Part shown: one piece after another, positions 24,618 to 35,249 of the stretch
Position numbering within the stretch: position 1 is the first letter of the stretch
Layout: each line of letters opens with the position of its first letter
NCBI GenBank assembly: GCA_043228905.1
Contig: JBHGNT010000004.1
Location: 7,812,001 to 7,876,000, forward strand
DNA: 64,000 nt
Direction of reading: 5' to 3'
Source of the DNA: Azolla caroliniana
Taxonomy: Eukaryota; Plantae; Polypodiophyta
Made by a program: the position numbers and the translations under genes
Notes under the pieces: generated by a model
The model's input: the letters and a program-made list of their open reading frames with translations, nothing else
What the model was told of the DNA's origin: nothing
The model's database searches: none

Positions 24618-25334
24618 TAGAATTGTGTGTTTTGCTTCCTGTCTTCTATTTGTTCGACACCAATACACACTACATTATAACCGGTTGGGGCCGTCTTCGA
24701 TCTCTTCATAAATGATGATGAGGATACTACCGGCCACAACCGGTTCATACATGTGTGTATGCGGATGCAAAGATCGAAATGACAAAAAAAAAATAGAAGA
24801 CAGGAAATAAAAGTACAGAAACACTGTTGTATGTATGGCTGGACTAGCCGCAACACAGGTGTCTATCCGACACTTCTCCAAAGGGGTGGTAGGGATAGGA
24901 TGTTAATACACGCGTATGATAATTACACTTAAGCACAGACGAAGACAAGATTAATAAGCATAAGCAAAACTGTATTAATTCTTCGCCACTTCATTACAAA
25001 CATCGGATCCTTTTATAGGCATCCGGCCAGATTACAATCGGTGCTCGGTAGGCAACCGTTAACCGAAACCGAATCGGTTCGGATCCGGATCGGTTACAAC
25101 TACCAGATCCGTCCCTCCTAATAATTCTATTCCTATTTCTATATTTATCCGATCCGACCTTGCTTCCCCATTTGCCTTCTCTGACCGGCCAACACATGGC
25201 ACGCCCGTGGGAAAGTGCATTGCACTTCGAACCCACAGCCGGCTTCAGTCTTCCTCCAAATTATCCCGCAAACTCCGCTCAGAGGTTTCAAGTGTTGTCT
25301 TGCCTGTGCCGTCTCCGACTTCTGATTGGATTGG

Positions 25335-26345
25335 CTACCTTTTCGCATCTTGCTGCTCCGACTCTGCTTGTACCGGTGGTACCGGTGTTTCTTCTGTATC
25401 CTGTCCGGGTCTGTCCTGCTCCACCTCCGTTCCGTTCCCGGTATCGCTCTCTCCGGTTTCCACTGGTTGTGTCCTTTCCTCCCCGGATTCGGTACTTCTC
25501 TGTCTCCACTCTGCATCATCCCCGGCATCAACCTGTTCTTGCTCCGAAAGTTCTTCCTCGGGTAATTCTTGTCGGGGTGCATTGTTGGTTGGGTCCTCTT
25601 CAGCCGGTCGCTCGCCCTCACTGATGGAGATCGGCGTTGTGTGTCCCTCGGCTTCCTGTCGCAGTCGGTCCTTCTCGTACCCTTCCAATTCTAGTTGGGT
25701 TTCGAGCTGCCCGTCATCCAACCTCTCTACTAACCCTCGGATTTCCTTGAGATGCTCTTCTGCTAGAGCATAGAAATCCTCCGACAATTCTTCCCGGATG
25801 TTGACGATACTTTCTTCGTCCATTTTATAGAACCCATCTCCGGTTTTCTTCCGATTTTCTGCATCAGCTCGGAGTGTCTGCAGTTCAGCTGCCTGTTGTG
25901 CCCATTCCCTCCAGAGTTTCTCCGTGCTTTCATTTATGCTGGCCTGAGCTCGGGTACTCCAACTTGACATGATGAACTTAATTCGGTCAACCCCTGCTTT
26001 AGCCTGTTCCGAAGCTGCTTGTTTTTCCTTCCTTATCCGTTTGATGATGTCGGCCATTAACTGAGCTTGAGCTTCAGAGTCGGCTTTTTGCTTGTCACAG
26101 GTACTCCGCCATTTGTTGATTTCGAAAGTCGACTTCACTTTTTCCTCGTTCCTGCTCTCTGTCAGCTCCCCTACTTTCTGTCGAAGTACTTCCATCTCCT
26201 TTCTTTGTTCCGACGTCAAGGTCTTCTCCGTCGATACTTCCTCCCTTGCTTTGGACAATTCCAAGCGGTTTTCCTTGAGCTGCTCTTTCAGCTTCTCTAT
26301 CTGTCGGTCGTACGTTGCTGCCTGATTCTTGATGTCCGACGATAG
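25335..26345 (-). CDS. Coiled-coil/acidic ORF remnant (3' part of an Athila-like extra ORF), copy 1
   Basis: Uninterrupted frame, K/E/Q-rich heptad-like N half and acidic disordered C half; native start missing (fused to the LTR). Confidence 0.6.
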   Translation of the reverse strand, partial: LSSDIKNQAATYDRQIEKLKEQLKENRLELSKAREEVSTEKTLTSEQRKEMEVLRQKVGELTESRNEEKVKSTFEINKWRSTCDKQKADSEAQAQLMADIIKRIRKEKQAASEQAKAGVDRIKFIMSSWSTRAQASINESTEKLWREWAQQAAELQTLRADAENRKKTGDGFYKMDEESIVNIREELSEDFYALAEEHLKEIRGLVERLDDGQLETQLELEGYEKDRLRQEAEGHTTPISISEGERPAEEDPTNNAPRQELPEEELSEQEQVDAGDDAEWRQRSTESGEERTQPVETGESDTGNGTEVEQDRPGQDTEETPVPPVQAESEQQDAKR

Positions 26346-26855
26346 TGTTGTATGTATGGCTGGACTAGCCGCAACACAGGTGTCTATCCGACACTTCTCC
26401 AAAGGGGTGGTAGGGATAGGATGTTAATACACGCGTATGATAATTACACTTAAGCACAGACGAAGACAAGATTAATAAGCATAAGCAAAACTGTATTAAT
26501 TCTTCGCCACTTCATTACAAACATCGGATCCTTTTATAGGCATCCAGCCAGATTACAATCGGTGCTCGGTAGGCAACCGTTAACCGAAACCGAATCGGTT
26601 CGGATCCGGATCGGTTACAACTACCGGATCCGTCCCTCCTAATAATTCTATTCCTATTTCTATATTTATCCGATCCGACCTTGCTTCCCCATTTGCCTTC
26701 TCTGACCGGCCAACACATGGCACGCCCGTGGGAAAGTGCATTGCACTTCGAACCCACAGCCGGCTTCAGTCTTCCTCCAAATTATCCCGCAAACTCCGCT
26801 CAGAGGTTTCAAGTGTTGTCTTGCCTGTTCCGTCTCCGACTTCCGATTGGATTGG

Positions 26856-27866
26856 CTACCTTTTCGCATCTTGCTGCTCCGACTCTGCTTGTACCGGTGG
26901 TACCGGTGTTTCTTCTGTATCCTGTCCGGGTCTGTCCTGCTCCACCTCCGTTCCGTTCCCGGTATCGCTCTCTCCGGTTTCCACTGGTTGTGTCCTTTCC
27001 TCCCCGGATTCGGTACTTCTCTGTCTCCACTCTGCATCATCCCCGGCATCAACCTGTTCTTGCTCCGAAAGTTCTTCCTCGGGTAATTCTTGTCGGGGTG
27101 CATTGTTGGTTGGGTCCTCTTCAGCCGGTCGCTCGCCCTCACTGATGGAGATCGGCGTTGTGTGTCCCTCGGCTTCCTGTCGCAGTCGGTCCTTCTCGTA
27201 CCCTTCCAATTCTAGTTGGGTTTCGAGCTGCCCGTCATCCAACCTCTCTACTAACCCTCGGATTTCCTTGAGATGCTCTTCTGCTAGAGCATAGAAATCC
27301 TCCGACAATTCTTCCCGGATGTTGACGATACTTTCTTCGTCCATTTTATAGAACCCATCTCCGGTTTTCTTCCGATTTTCTGCATCAGCTCGGAGTGTCT
27401 GCAGTTCAGCTGCCTGTTGTGCCCATTCCCTCCAGAGTTTCTCCGTGCTTTCATTTATGCTGGCCTGAGCTCGGGTACTCCAACTTGACATGATGAACTT
27501 AATTCGGTCAACCCCTGCTTTAGCCTGTTCCGAAGCTGCTTGTTTTTCCTTCCTTATCCGTTTGATGATGTCGGCCATTAACTGAGCTTGAGCTTCAGAG
27601 TCGGCTTTTTGCTTGTCACAGGTACTCCGCCATTTGTTGATTTCGAAAGTCGACTTCACTTTTTCCTCGTTCCTGCTCTCTGTCAGCTCCCCTACTTTCT
27701 GTCGAAGTACTTCCATCTCCTTTCTTTGTTCCGACGTCAAGGTCTTCTCCGTCGATACTTCCTCCCTTGCTTTGGACAATTCCAAGCGGTTTTCCTTGAG
27801 CTGCTCTTTCAGCTTCTCTATCTGTCGGTCGTACGTTGCTGCCTGATTCTTGATGTCCGACGATAG
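26856..27866 (-). CDS. Coiled-coil/acidic ORF remnant, copy 2
   Basis: Same translation as copy 1. Confidence 0.6.
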   Translation of the reverse strand, partial: LSSDIKNQAATYDRQIEKLKEQLKENRLELSKAREEVSTEKTLTSEQRKEMEVLRQKVGELTESRNEEKVKSTFEINKWRSTCDKQKADSEAQAQLMADIIKRIRKEKQAASEQAKAGVDRIKFIMSSWSTRAQASINESTEKLWREWAQQAAELQTLRADAENRKKTGDGFYKMDEESIVNIREELSEDFYALAEEHLKEIRGLVERLDDGQLETQLELEGYEKDRLRQEAEGHTTPISISEGERPAEEDPTNNAPRQELPEEELSEQEQVDAGDDAEWRQRSTESGEERTQPVETGESDTGNGTEVEQDRPGQDTEETPVPPVQAESEQQDAKR

Positions 27867-28236
27867 TGTTGTATGTATGGCTGGACTAGCCGCAACACAG
27901 GTGTCTATCCGACACTTCTCCAAAGGGGTGGTAGGGATAGGATGTTAATACACGCGTATGATAATTACACTTAAGCACAGACGAAGACAAGATTAATAAG
28001 CATAAGCAAAACTGTATTAATTCTTCGCCACTTCATTACAAACATCGGATCCTTTTATAGGCATCCAGCCAGATTACAATCGGTGCTCGGTAGGCAACCG
28101 TTAACCGAAACCGAATCGGTTCGGATCCGGATCGGTTACAACTACCGGATCCGTCCCTCCTAATAATTCTATTCCTATTTCTATATTTATCCGATCCGAC
28201 CTTGCTTCCCCATTTGCCTTCTCTGACCGGCCAACA

Positions 28237-28394
28237 AACACAAGTATTTTTAACGTGGAAACCTTGATAGGGAAAAACCATGGGAGTCCACAAACTCCAA
28301 GAACTATAACACAATGGGAGAAAGGAATACAACTGTAAGAAACTACAAGGCAACGACCTTTTACAGTTCTTCTTCGTGAAATCGACCCTCTCAC

Positions 28395-28430
<36 letters not shown>

Positions 28431-28640
28431 TCTCTCTCTCTTAGTTACACTAATGATTCATCCCCATATAATAATTTGCCCTAGGTGTATTTATACTCAT
28501 ACACAATGTGGGCTATTTACGAATATAGCCCCGAGTCGGCTTCGACTAATTTGGCTATTAGCCGAATCGATTATTAATCGATTTTCGGCCTCGACCGAAT
28601 TGGGAATCGGTTGATTTTTCCCATCTGATTTAACTTATTC
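28237..28640 (-). mobile_element. Copia-type LTR remnant that hosts the three-LTR array (left part about 24700-24824)
   Basis: Motif acgtggaaaccttgatagggaaaaaccatgggag resembles the Copia LTR at 46238 (ggaaaaccctaaatgggaaaaaccacgggag); limits approximate. Confidence 0.55.
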
Positions 28641-28839
28641 TTCTCTCCAACTTGTGCTCTCCTTCCCATCCGAAGAGACATGTTTCCTAGCAAATGATGT
28701 ATGATATACATGATTAATGTGTGTATTTGCCCTAGAAGCATGTTGTAGGCAGATGTGCAGAACAGTGATATTGAAAAGTGTGAGTGAAATGAGAGTGTGA
28801 AGAGCTTGCAAGCATGCAAATGCTTCGAGAGCCGACATG

Positions 28840-29215
28840 TTTGGATTGACGGCTTCTTCCTCTGCAAGTTTGGTTCCTGAGCTAGTATCAGGTGTTGTTA
28901 CTCCACGTTTTTCGTGCTCTTTGTATTTCCATCAATTGGTTACTAGACGAAGAAGGTTTCTCGTCAAGGTTGTGGCCTTGACAGGTTTGATATTCCACTA
29001 TCAAACTAGGGAAGTCGATATCATATGTATAACACGTCGTGACAATGGGGTCCCGTGGTTTTTCCCGATTCGGGTTTTCCACGTTAAAAATCAGTGTCTT
29101 GTTTTTTTTTCTGTTCTGTTGTTTATTTCATCCCTGCTTATTGATAGCCGAGTAGATCAGGAGTGGCAGAGAGATAGACCTAATAGTCGGCCGAATCTGA
29201 ACCCATATTCACAAC
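28840..29215 (+). mobile_element. Copia-type LTR remnant in the opposite orientation
   Basis: gggtcccgtggtttttcccgattcgggttttccacgttaaaaat is the reverse-strand equivalent of the same LTR motif; limits approximate. Confidence 0.45.
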
Positions 29216-29255
29216 ACAAATTTTGGGGGAACATGGGTCAAACCGTCAATCTATG

Positions 29256-29282
29256 CATATACATATACATACATACATACAT

Positions 29283-29330
<48 letters not shown>

Positions 29331-29472
29331 TGTATGTATGTATGTATGTATGTATGTATATACCATACATACATACATATATATATATATACTGTATACC
29401 TATTATATATACATATATGTATGTAAAACCTTGGTCTTCTTCTTCTTCTTCTTCTTCTTCTTCTTCTTCTTT
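29256..29472. repeat. Compound microsatellite (TA, TATG/TACA, CTT)
   Basis: Directly visible. Confidence 0.95.
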
Positions 29473-29550
29473 CATCACTCACTCTCTGTGTTCTTCTGGA
29501 CACCGCCATCGGCAGCAGGAAGTCCCGGAGAGGTCATCTAGCTAGCTAGC

Positions 29551-29964
29551 ATGAACGGCTTCTATTTCTTCTCCCCTTACCTCTTCCCTGCATCCCGCAG
29601 CACCTGCCATAAACAGCAGCAGGACGAAGAGGAGGACGGTGGCCTTCATAACCACAGCCACAGCCAGAGCCATGTCCATGAACTCTCTTCTGCCCAGGAT
29701 TTGCCCCCTCTTGATCATGACGACCAACTGAATATGAACAGTCGTAGCAACTGTCGAAGAAGAGGGTGGATCGGACAGCAGAAGAAGAGGACGGCTCCGT
29801 CCAGCCCACAGGCTTTCCCCATCTCTCAGCTTGGAAACCCTAACCTTCCGGATCATCACCAATACCCTGTTATGACCTCGTCCTCTATCTCCCACCGTCA
29901 TAGTAACCATGATGATCTTCATCTGCCTTTCTACCATCTCATCGATGCTCCTGAAGTGCTTTGA
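29551..29964 (+). CDS. Possible first exon or short ORF of an unidentified host gene (His/Gln/Ser-rich)
   Basis: Relatively GC-rich 137-aa ORF after a CTT-rich UTR-like tract, with a GTAAGT donor-like site at 29994; no recognisable domain. Confidence 0.3.
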   Translation: MNGFYFFSPYLFPASRSTCHKQQQDEEEDGGLHNHSHSQSHVHELSSAQDLPPLDHDDQLNMNSRSNCRRRGWIGQQKKRTAPSSPQAFPISQLGNPNLPDHHQYPVMTSSSISHRHSNHDDLHLPFYHLIDAPEVL

Positions 29965-30999
29965 TGGTGATCATCAGTTTTCCTTGTATATATGTAAGTA
30001 ATTCTGCATCATCAAAGCTATTACCTTGCGCAATGAGGGTGCCATTCCCCAGTGTGTATATATATGTATATACATCGAATGCACCTCAACTACAACATAT
30101 GTATACATGTACATGGATTTGCCACATCTTAGTATGTAATCAATGGATTGCAGCATGAATGCATCATATGCACGTGGATCAGAGCATATACGTGCCATAT
30201 GAACATGGGTCACAGCCTGTAGGTTTGCATGTTTAATATATTGCAGAGTTTTTGCACCACATATGCATCCTTTGCACATAGATGACATGTATACGCATGT
30301 GTATACAGATTCTGTAATAGACATGGATTTCATCCTGTATATATGTCTTAATCTCATGGGCATGGGTCCTATGCACATGAATCCCAAACAAGTATCCATA
30401 TGCCTCATAGTACATGAAAAGAATCCAACAGGTATACATGCATTTTATGTACATGGAGTGAATCAAACAATTATGTGTCTTGTATGCACATTGAGTGAAG
30501 TGAATCCAACAATGTATTCTCCATACATCTCAATGGACATGGAGAGTATAACCTTTATGTAAAAATCCTTTGCTGGTTTTCTAATCAATGTAAGTTGGTA
30601 CTTTTGCTGCTTTGAAGAAGCTCATACTTTTAACTGCGCAGACATTATCAGTTCTCCAACCTGTCTTTATTTCAAGCCATAGTTTGTTAAGAAGAAATAG
30701 GCAGCTCATTATGTATTGTCAGATAATGTGGATGAGAGTTTTGATTACTAGACGACTTGGTCTGTGGATGGTATAACTTGATGATTTTGTAAGCTAACAA
30801 ATCTTAACCTCAATGGAATTGTTGGTTTAATCCAGTTCTGCAAACATTCTGGTAAATGTCACCCTTGCCTTTATATCATCAAATCCCGTTATTATTCACT
30901 GTGGTTTCCCTATATACCCTTGGTCAATTTCTATTTGACCCCCAAATTACCTCTTTGGATTTTGTTGCCTTTCTAAATGCTATTGGTCAGGTGGGACAG

Positions 31000-32830
31000 A
31001 GCAATTTCATGTGTTAATTGAGTAAATTATGTGCATCCCTTAGTTCCCCTCTTTCGAGATAGGGGAAATAGCAATCAACCCAATCGGATTTGGGGCAATA
31101 AATAAACCCATGTGATATTTTCAGAGGTTTCCCTTCCAAATTGTTTTCCATGCTAATCAAATAGACTTAAAAATTTGTTCAATCAAACTTTGGCATCTCT
31201 TGTCGGAAATTTGATTTGTGCGAATGTAATGGTAGAAATTGTGATATGGCATCATTGCCATGGGGATATCATATGATGAAAAATGTTAGACGAGTAACGG
31301 TGGATAAAGTGATGAGAGTTGAGTTTCTAAAGATGCGTGTTGGACGAGAAATGTTGACGCAAAGCACATTGAATTTTGATAATAGTAACAAATTAAATTG
31401 GCTTCAGAGTTGGGAGGTGCATTATAGTTAACAAATGATGGAGAGATCATATGAGGATGGATTTGAACTTACATAACTAAGGTAAATTGAAACCAGGTAG
31501 ACCTATACCTAGTAAAACTGAAATTTGGATCCATTGAACCTATATTGAGTGCTTGTAAGGCATTTAACTTGTTATCTACAATTATTTAATGTTCATCAAT
31601 CTTGCAACATCATTGATATCAAGAATAAGCGCACCATACCCTAGAAACTCATGTCAAGTAAAACACTTTGTGTAACTATAACCCAATTTAGTACAATTCA
31701 GAATCATAAAATTACTTAGTGAATACTAATAGTTACCCATCATATTGCATTGGGATCACAAAAAGTCTTTTTTATGACGTGTTTGGTTGTGTCTATGCAC
31801 CTTTGTTTCCTTATTGCATACAATGGAGATGGGTATATTTCTTGAACATAATACATACATATAATGGAGATGGGTGTGAGATGAATTCATCATTGCGAGC
31901 CATAAAGATCACAATTTTGTTTATAGTAAAGGGAGGTATCAATTAGTAATAGAACTTGAGTAGATTGATTTAGTTATGGTGCTTCATGTAACTTCAACTT
32001 TACAATTTGGGGTGAACCCTTGATTCCAAGAATCATTTGCAAACTCAGCCAAAGAATAGGGTGGCAAAGTTGTGTAAAACTTTGTTAATGATAGAATATG
32101 ATCGTGTAGAATATATTTTTGGGAGTTGCAAAGTTGTGGAAAACTTGGCAATGATATAGGGTTGCAACGTTGTGGAGAACTTTGCCAATGATATAATAGG
32201 ATTGTGTTACAACGAAAAGTATGCATTAGGCCAACTTTATCAATGTATCTTTGGTCTGTATTGTGTGATCGATTGCATTCTGTCCTCGGGGTAATGAGCT
32301 ACTCTAGGATGCCAAATCAATACAACCTCAACTATTGGGAGAGAGTAACATAGCCCAAACAAAACAATTGTGAAAAGTGGAAGGATTTCATAAAACCTTA
32401 CCCAATGCTTTCAGACTTTTCTCTTTTTTCATCTAGGTCAAGTTCACATCTATATGCTTGATTAGTCCATAAAATCGCTCATACTTTGCTTTTGACACAA
32501 CTATGAATCTTGATTAATTGATTTACTCGGCATTGTTGTAAGGAACCAATTTTTCAATAGAGACATTTATGCCGATTAACCTTGACTGGATTCGGCTAAA
32601 GATGTATATGAAACAAATAATTTGGCAATAGTTTACAGCTTGGAACATTATTAATGTTAGGCATAGTGTCCAGGCCATAGCAATCCAGGGAGCGAATGGA
32701 TGAAACCATCTAAATGCAAATGGCCCATCTCCATCCTTATATAAGTTATCATTGACTCTAATTAAAGTTATTTTGTATATACCCTTCCCAAGGGTTTCCC
32801 TTATTATCTCACGGGGCATCAAACAATTAC
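31000..32830 (-). mobile_element. Highly decayed LINE-like sequence
   Basis: Fragmentary minus-strand coding-like stretches resembling LINE ORF2 (e.g. around 31630 YLDMSF*GMVR, around 31050 PYLERGELRDA); no intact ORF. Confidence 0.35.
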
Positions 32831-32867
32831 TTTATGATTGCTATAAGCTAGTTATGAATAGAATGGA

Positions 32868-35249
32868 CTAGATGGAGAGATCTACGTTGATGTCATTCCA
32901 CCAACAATGTCCTCGTGTGTCCCATGCTTCATTTTTCCATCTCAAGGTTTCAACCTTGTTTGCTTCCACATGCATGCCGGAAGCTGAATACATGTTTCTC
33001 ATACACACATATGCAACACCACACTTCTTATCTAAGTCTACCAACTGATCAAAGACCCATTTTCCAAGCTTCACATTCACCCATTTGGAACATGCACCCA
33101 ACAAAGCTAATAACAAGGGAAAACGATTCTTGTATTGCACCATCTCGAGCATACTTACAGCTTTGCTAAAGTGTCCCGCTCGACCAAAAAGATCGACCAT
33201 GGAGGTGTAGTGCTTTAATGTCGGAAAAATACCATAGAGAACGCCCATATCATCAAATATTCTGTGCCCCTCATCCATTAGGCCTGCATGGCTACATGCC
33301 ATGAGAAGAACAAGAAAGGTAACTATATCTGGCGCAATATTGTCATCTGATACCATTTCCTTGAACAAATAAAAAACGTTCTGGGCTTGACCTAGCTGTG
33401 CATATCCAGCCATCAATAAGCTCCAAGATACGATATCCCTGACTTGAATCTTGCGAAACACATCTTCTGCCTTTTCTAACATACTACATTTAGCATACAT
33501 GTCCACCAATGCAGATTCAAGCATAATGTTTCCTTGCAAGGATCCACTTTCATGGCTAACTTCTGCAGATATCTCTTCACCCACCTTGAGAGAGCCTATG
33601 CTTCCACAAGCTTTCAAACCACAACAATATGTGATAGCATCCGGTGAAATTCCCTCATCCTTCATCTTCCAGAGGCAATTCAGAGACTCCTCAAAGAAAC
33701 CATGTTGGGCATATCCAACCATGAGCGTATTCCAACCGACAATATCATGATGTGAAAGACCATTAAACACTTCTTGTGCTTTTTCCATAGATCCACATTT
33801 GGCATACAAATTCACTAACATATTTCCAAGCTCAATATTTTTCTCCAGTAACCCTTGCTTCTTGACATCTTTGTGTATCTTTTCTCCCATCTGAAGATCT
33901 CCAATGCTACAACAAGCTTTTAATACACAAATATATGTGATTTGATCGGGGTGAATGCCTTCACTTTGCATTTGCCTGAAACAAGTTAAAGCTTCATGGC
34001 CAAGGCCGTGCCTTGCATACCCCGAAATAAGTGCACTCCATGAGACAACATCATGTACCTGAAGCCGATCAAATACTTCTTGTGCTTTTCTCAGTTCACT
34101 GCAATTCACATACATGTCCACTAATGTCGGCCCAAGGGCTTTGCTCTTTTCTATCAAACCTCGCTTTTCGACCTCAGCATGTATCTTTTCTCCCTTTTCA
34201 AGAGACCCAATGGCACCGCAAGCTTTCAATATACTGACAAAAGTGAGAGCATTAGGGGAGACACACTTCTTCTCCAGTTTCATCTTCTTTAAGCAATCCA
34301 AAGCTTCATCGATAAGTCCATGCCGGGCATATCCAGCTATTAGTGCATTAAAAGATACCACATCTCGTCTTGGGAGAAGCTCATTGAAAACTTCTTGTGC
34401 TTTCTTGAGCACTCCACATTTCGCATACATATCCACCAATGCTGTGCCCAGTACCATATCCTTCTCTAGCAAAAAGCCATGATCCATTACTTGGCTATGG
34501 ATCTCTTCTCCTACCTCCAAAGACCCTTTCCCAGCACAAGCTTTTATAACACAAAGAAAAGTAACCAAATTCGGGGATATGCCCTCATTTTGCATCTTTC
34601 TAAAGCAAAACAAAGCCTCATCGAAAAGTTCGTGCCGAGAAAAGCCAGAAATCATTGCATTCCACGAGATAATATTGCGAATCAGGAACTCGTCAAAGAC
34701 CTTCTCCGCTGCTCGAACAACATTACACTTTGCATACATGTCCACTAAAGCAGTGCCAAGAATTATATTCCTCTTTAAGAGACCCCGTGAGATGACCATG
34801 GCATGTATTTCTTTACCAACAGAAAGATCTCCGCTGCAACTACAAGCTTTCAGAAGGCATGAAAAAGTGACTGCGTCTGGAAGGATAGCTTCCTCACACA
34901 TCAATCTATAACATTTTAAAGCTATATTGTGACCAGAGTCTTGCTTTGAGAAGCCAGTTATCAGGGTATTCCAAGCCACAAGATCTCTCACAGGAAGAAT
35001 ATCAAATAGTTTTTGGGCATCTCCCATTTCGCCACACTTTGCATAGAGGCTAAGCAGGGCGGTAGAGACATGTATGTCTTTACTATTATAGACCTCATTT
35101 TGGTTAACAATTCTTCGTGCTTTCTTCAGATCTTTGAGATTTTGGCAAGATTTGATCAATCCCACAAGGGATTTACGGCCTATCTGATTGCTAGGTAAGC
35201 CATTGGACAGAGAAATTCCAGAAGCAGCGGGTTCATGGACGCCCTGCAT
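32868..35249 (-). CDS. PLS-class pentatricopeptide repeat protein with C-terminal E domain and no DYW (organellar RNA-editing factor type), intronless
   Basis: 793 aa with repeated triplets (ALVDMYAKCG...A..VF / DVVSWNALI.GY / P..VTF..VLKAC), terminal LMACSHAGL, HYTSMVDLFGRAG, E-domain-like end RGHCWW. Confidence 0.95.
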   Translation of the reverse strand: MQGVHEPAASGISLSNGLPSNQIGRKSLVGLIKSCQNLKDLKKARRIVNQNEVYNSKDIHVSTALLSLYAKCGEMGDAQKLFDILPVRDLVAWNTLITGFSKQDSGHNIALKCYRLMCEEAILPDAVTFSCLLKACSCSGDLSVGKEIHAMVISRGLLKRNIILGTALVDMYAKCNVVRAAEKVFDEFLIRNIISWNAMISGFSRHELFDEALFCFRKMQNEGISPNLVTFLCVIKACAGKGSLEVGEEIHSQVMDHGFLLEKDMVLGTALVDMYAKCGVLKKAQEVFNELLPRRDVVSFNALIAGYARHGLIDEALDCLKKMKLEKKCVSPNALTFVSILKACGAIGSLEKGEKIHAEVEKRGLIEKSKALGPTLVDMYVNCSELRKAQEVFDRLQVHDVVSWSALISGYARHGLGHEALTCFRQMQSEGIHPDQITYICVLKACCSIGDLQMGEKIHKDVKKQGLLEKNIELGNMLVNLYAKCGSMEKAQEVFNGLSHHDIVGWNTLMVGYAQHGFFEESLNCLWKMKDEGISPDAITYCCGLKACGSIGSLKVGEEISAEVSHESGSLQGNIMLESALVDMYAKCSMLEKAEDVFRKIQVRDIVSWSLLMAGYAQLGQAQNVFYLFKEMVSDDNIAPDIVTFLVLLMACSHAGLMDEGHRIFDDMGVLYGIFPTLKHYTSMVDLFGRAGHFSKAVSMLEMVQYKNRFPLLLALLGACSKWVNVKLGKWVFDQLVDLDKKCGVAYVCMRNMYSASGMHVEANKVETLRWKNEAWDTRGHCWWNDINVDLSI

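Larger units (their letters stand above)
24825..28236 (-). mobile_element. Tandem three-LTR non-autonomous element (LTR-internal-LTR-internal-LTR, period 1521 bp)
   Basis: 370-bp LTRs at 24825-25194, 26346-26715 and 27867-28236; perfect TSD AACAC around the whole array; units almost identical. LTR shares motifs with the 20544-21000 LTR, which together with the minus-strand TATA fixes the orientation. Confidence 0.95.

Noticed and set aside
25197-25211. Ordinary PBS of a plus-strand element
   Set aside because: LTR homology to the minus-strand 20544-21000 LTR, the minus-strand TATA and the ORF direction all place this motif at the PPT position.
28837-29541. 234-aa ORF and overlapping YIHT/MYVC ORFs
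   Set aside because: Translations of microsatellites and LTR remnants.
30040-30545. CATG/ATAT-rich stretch with several short ORFs
   Set aside because: Low-complexity sequence with no periodic unit or domain support.
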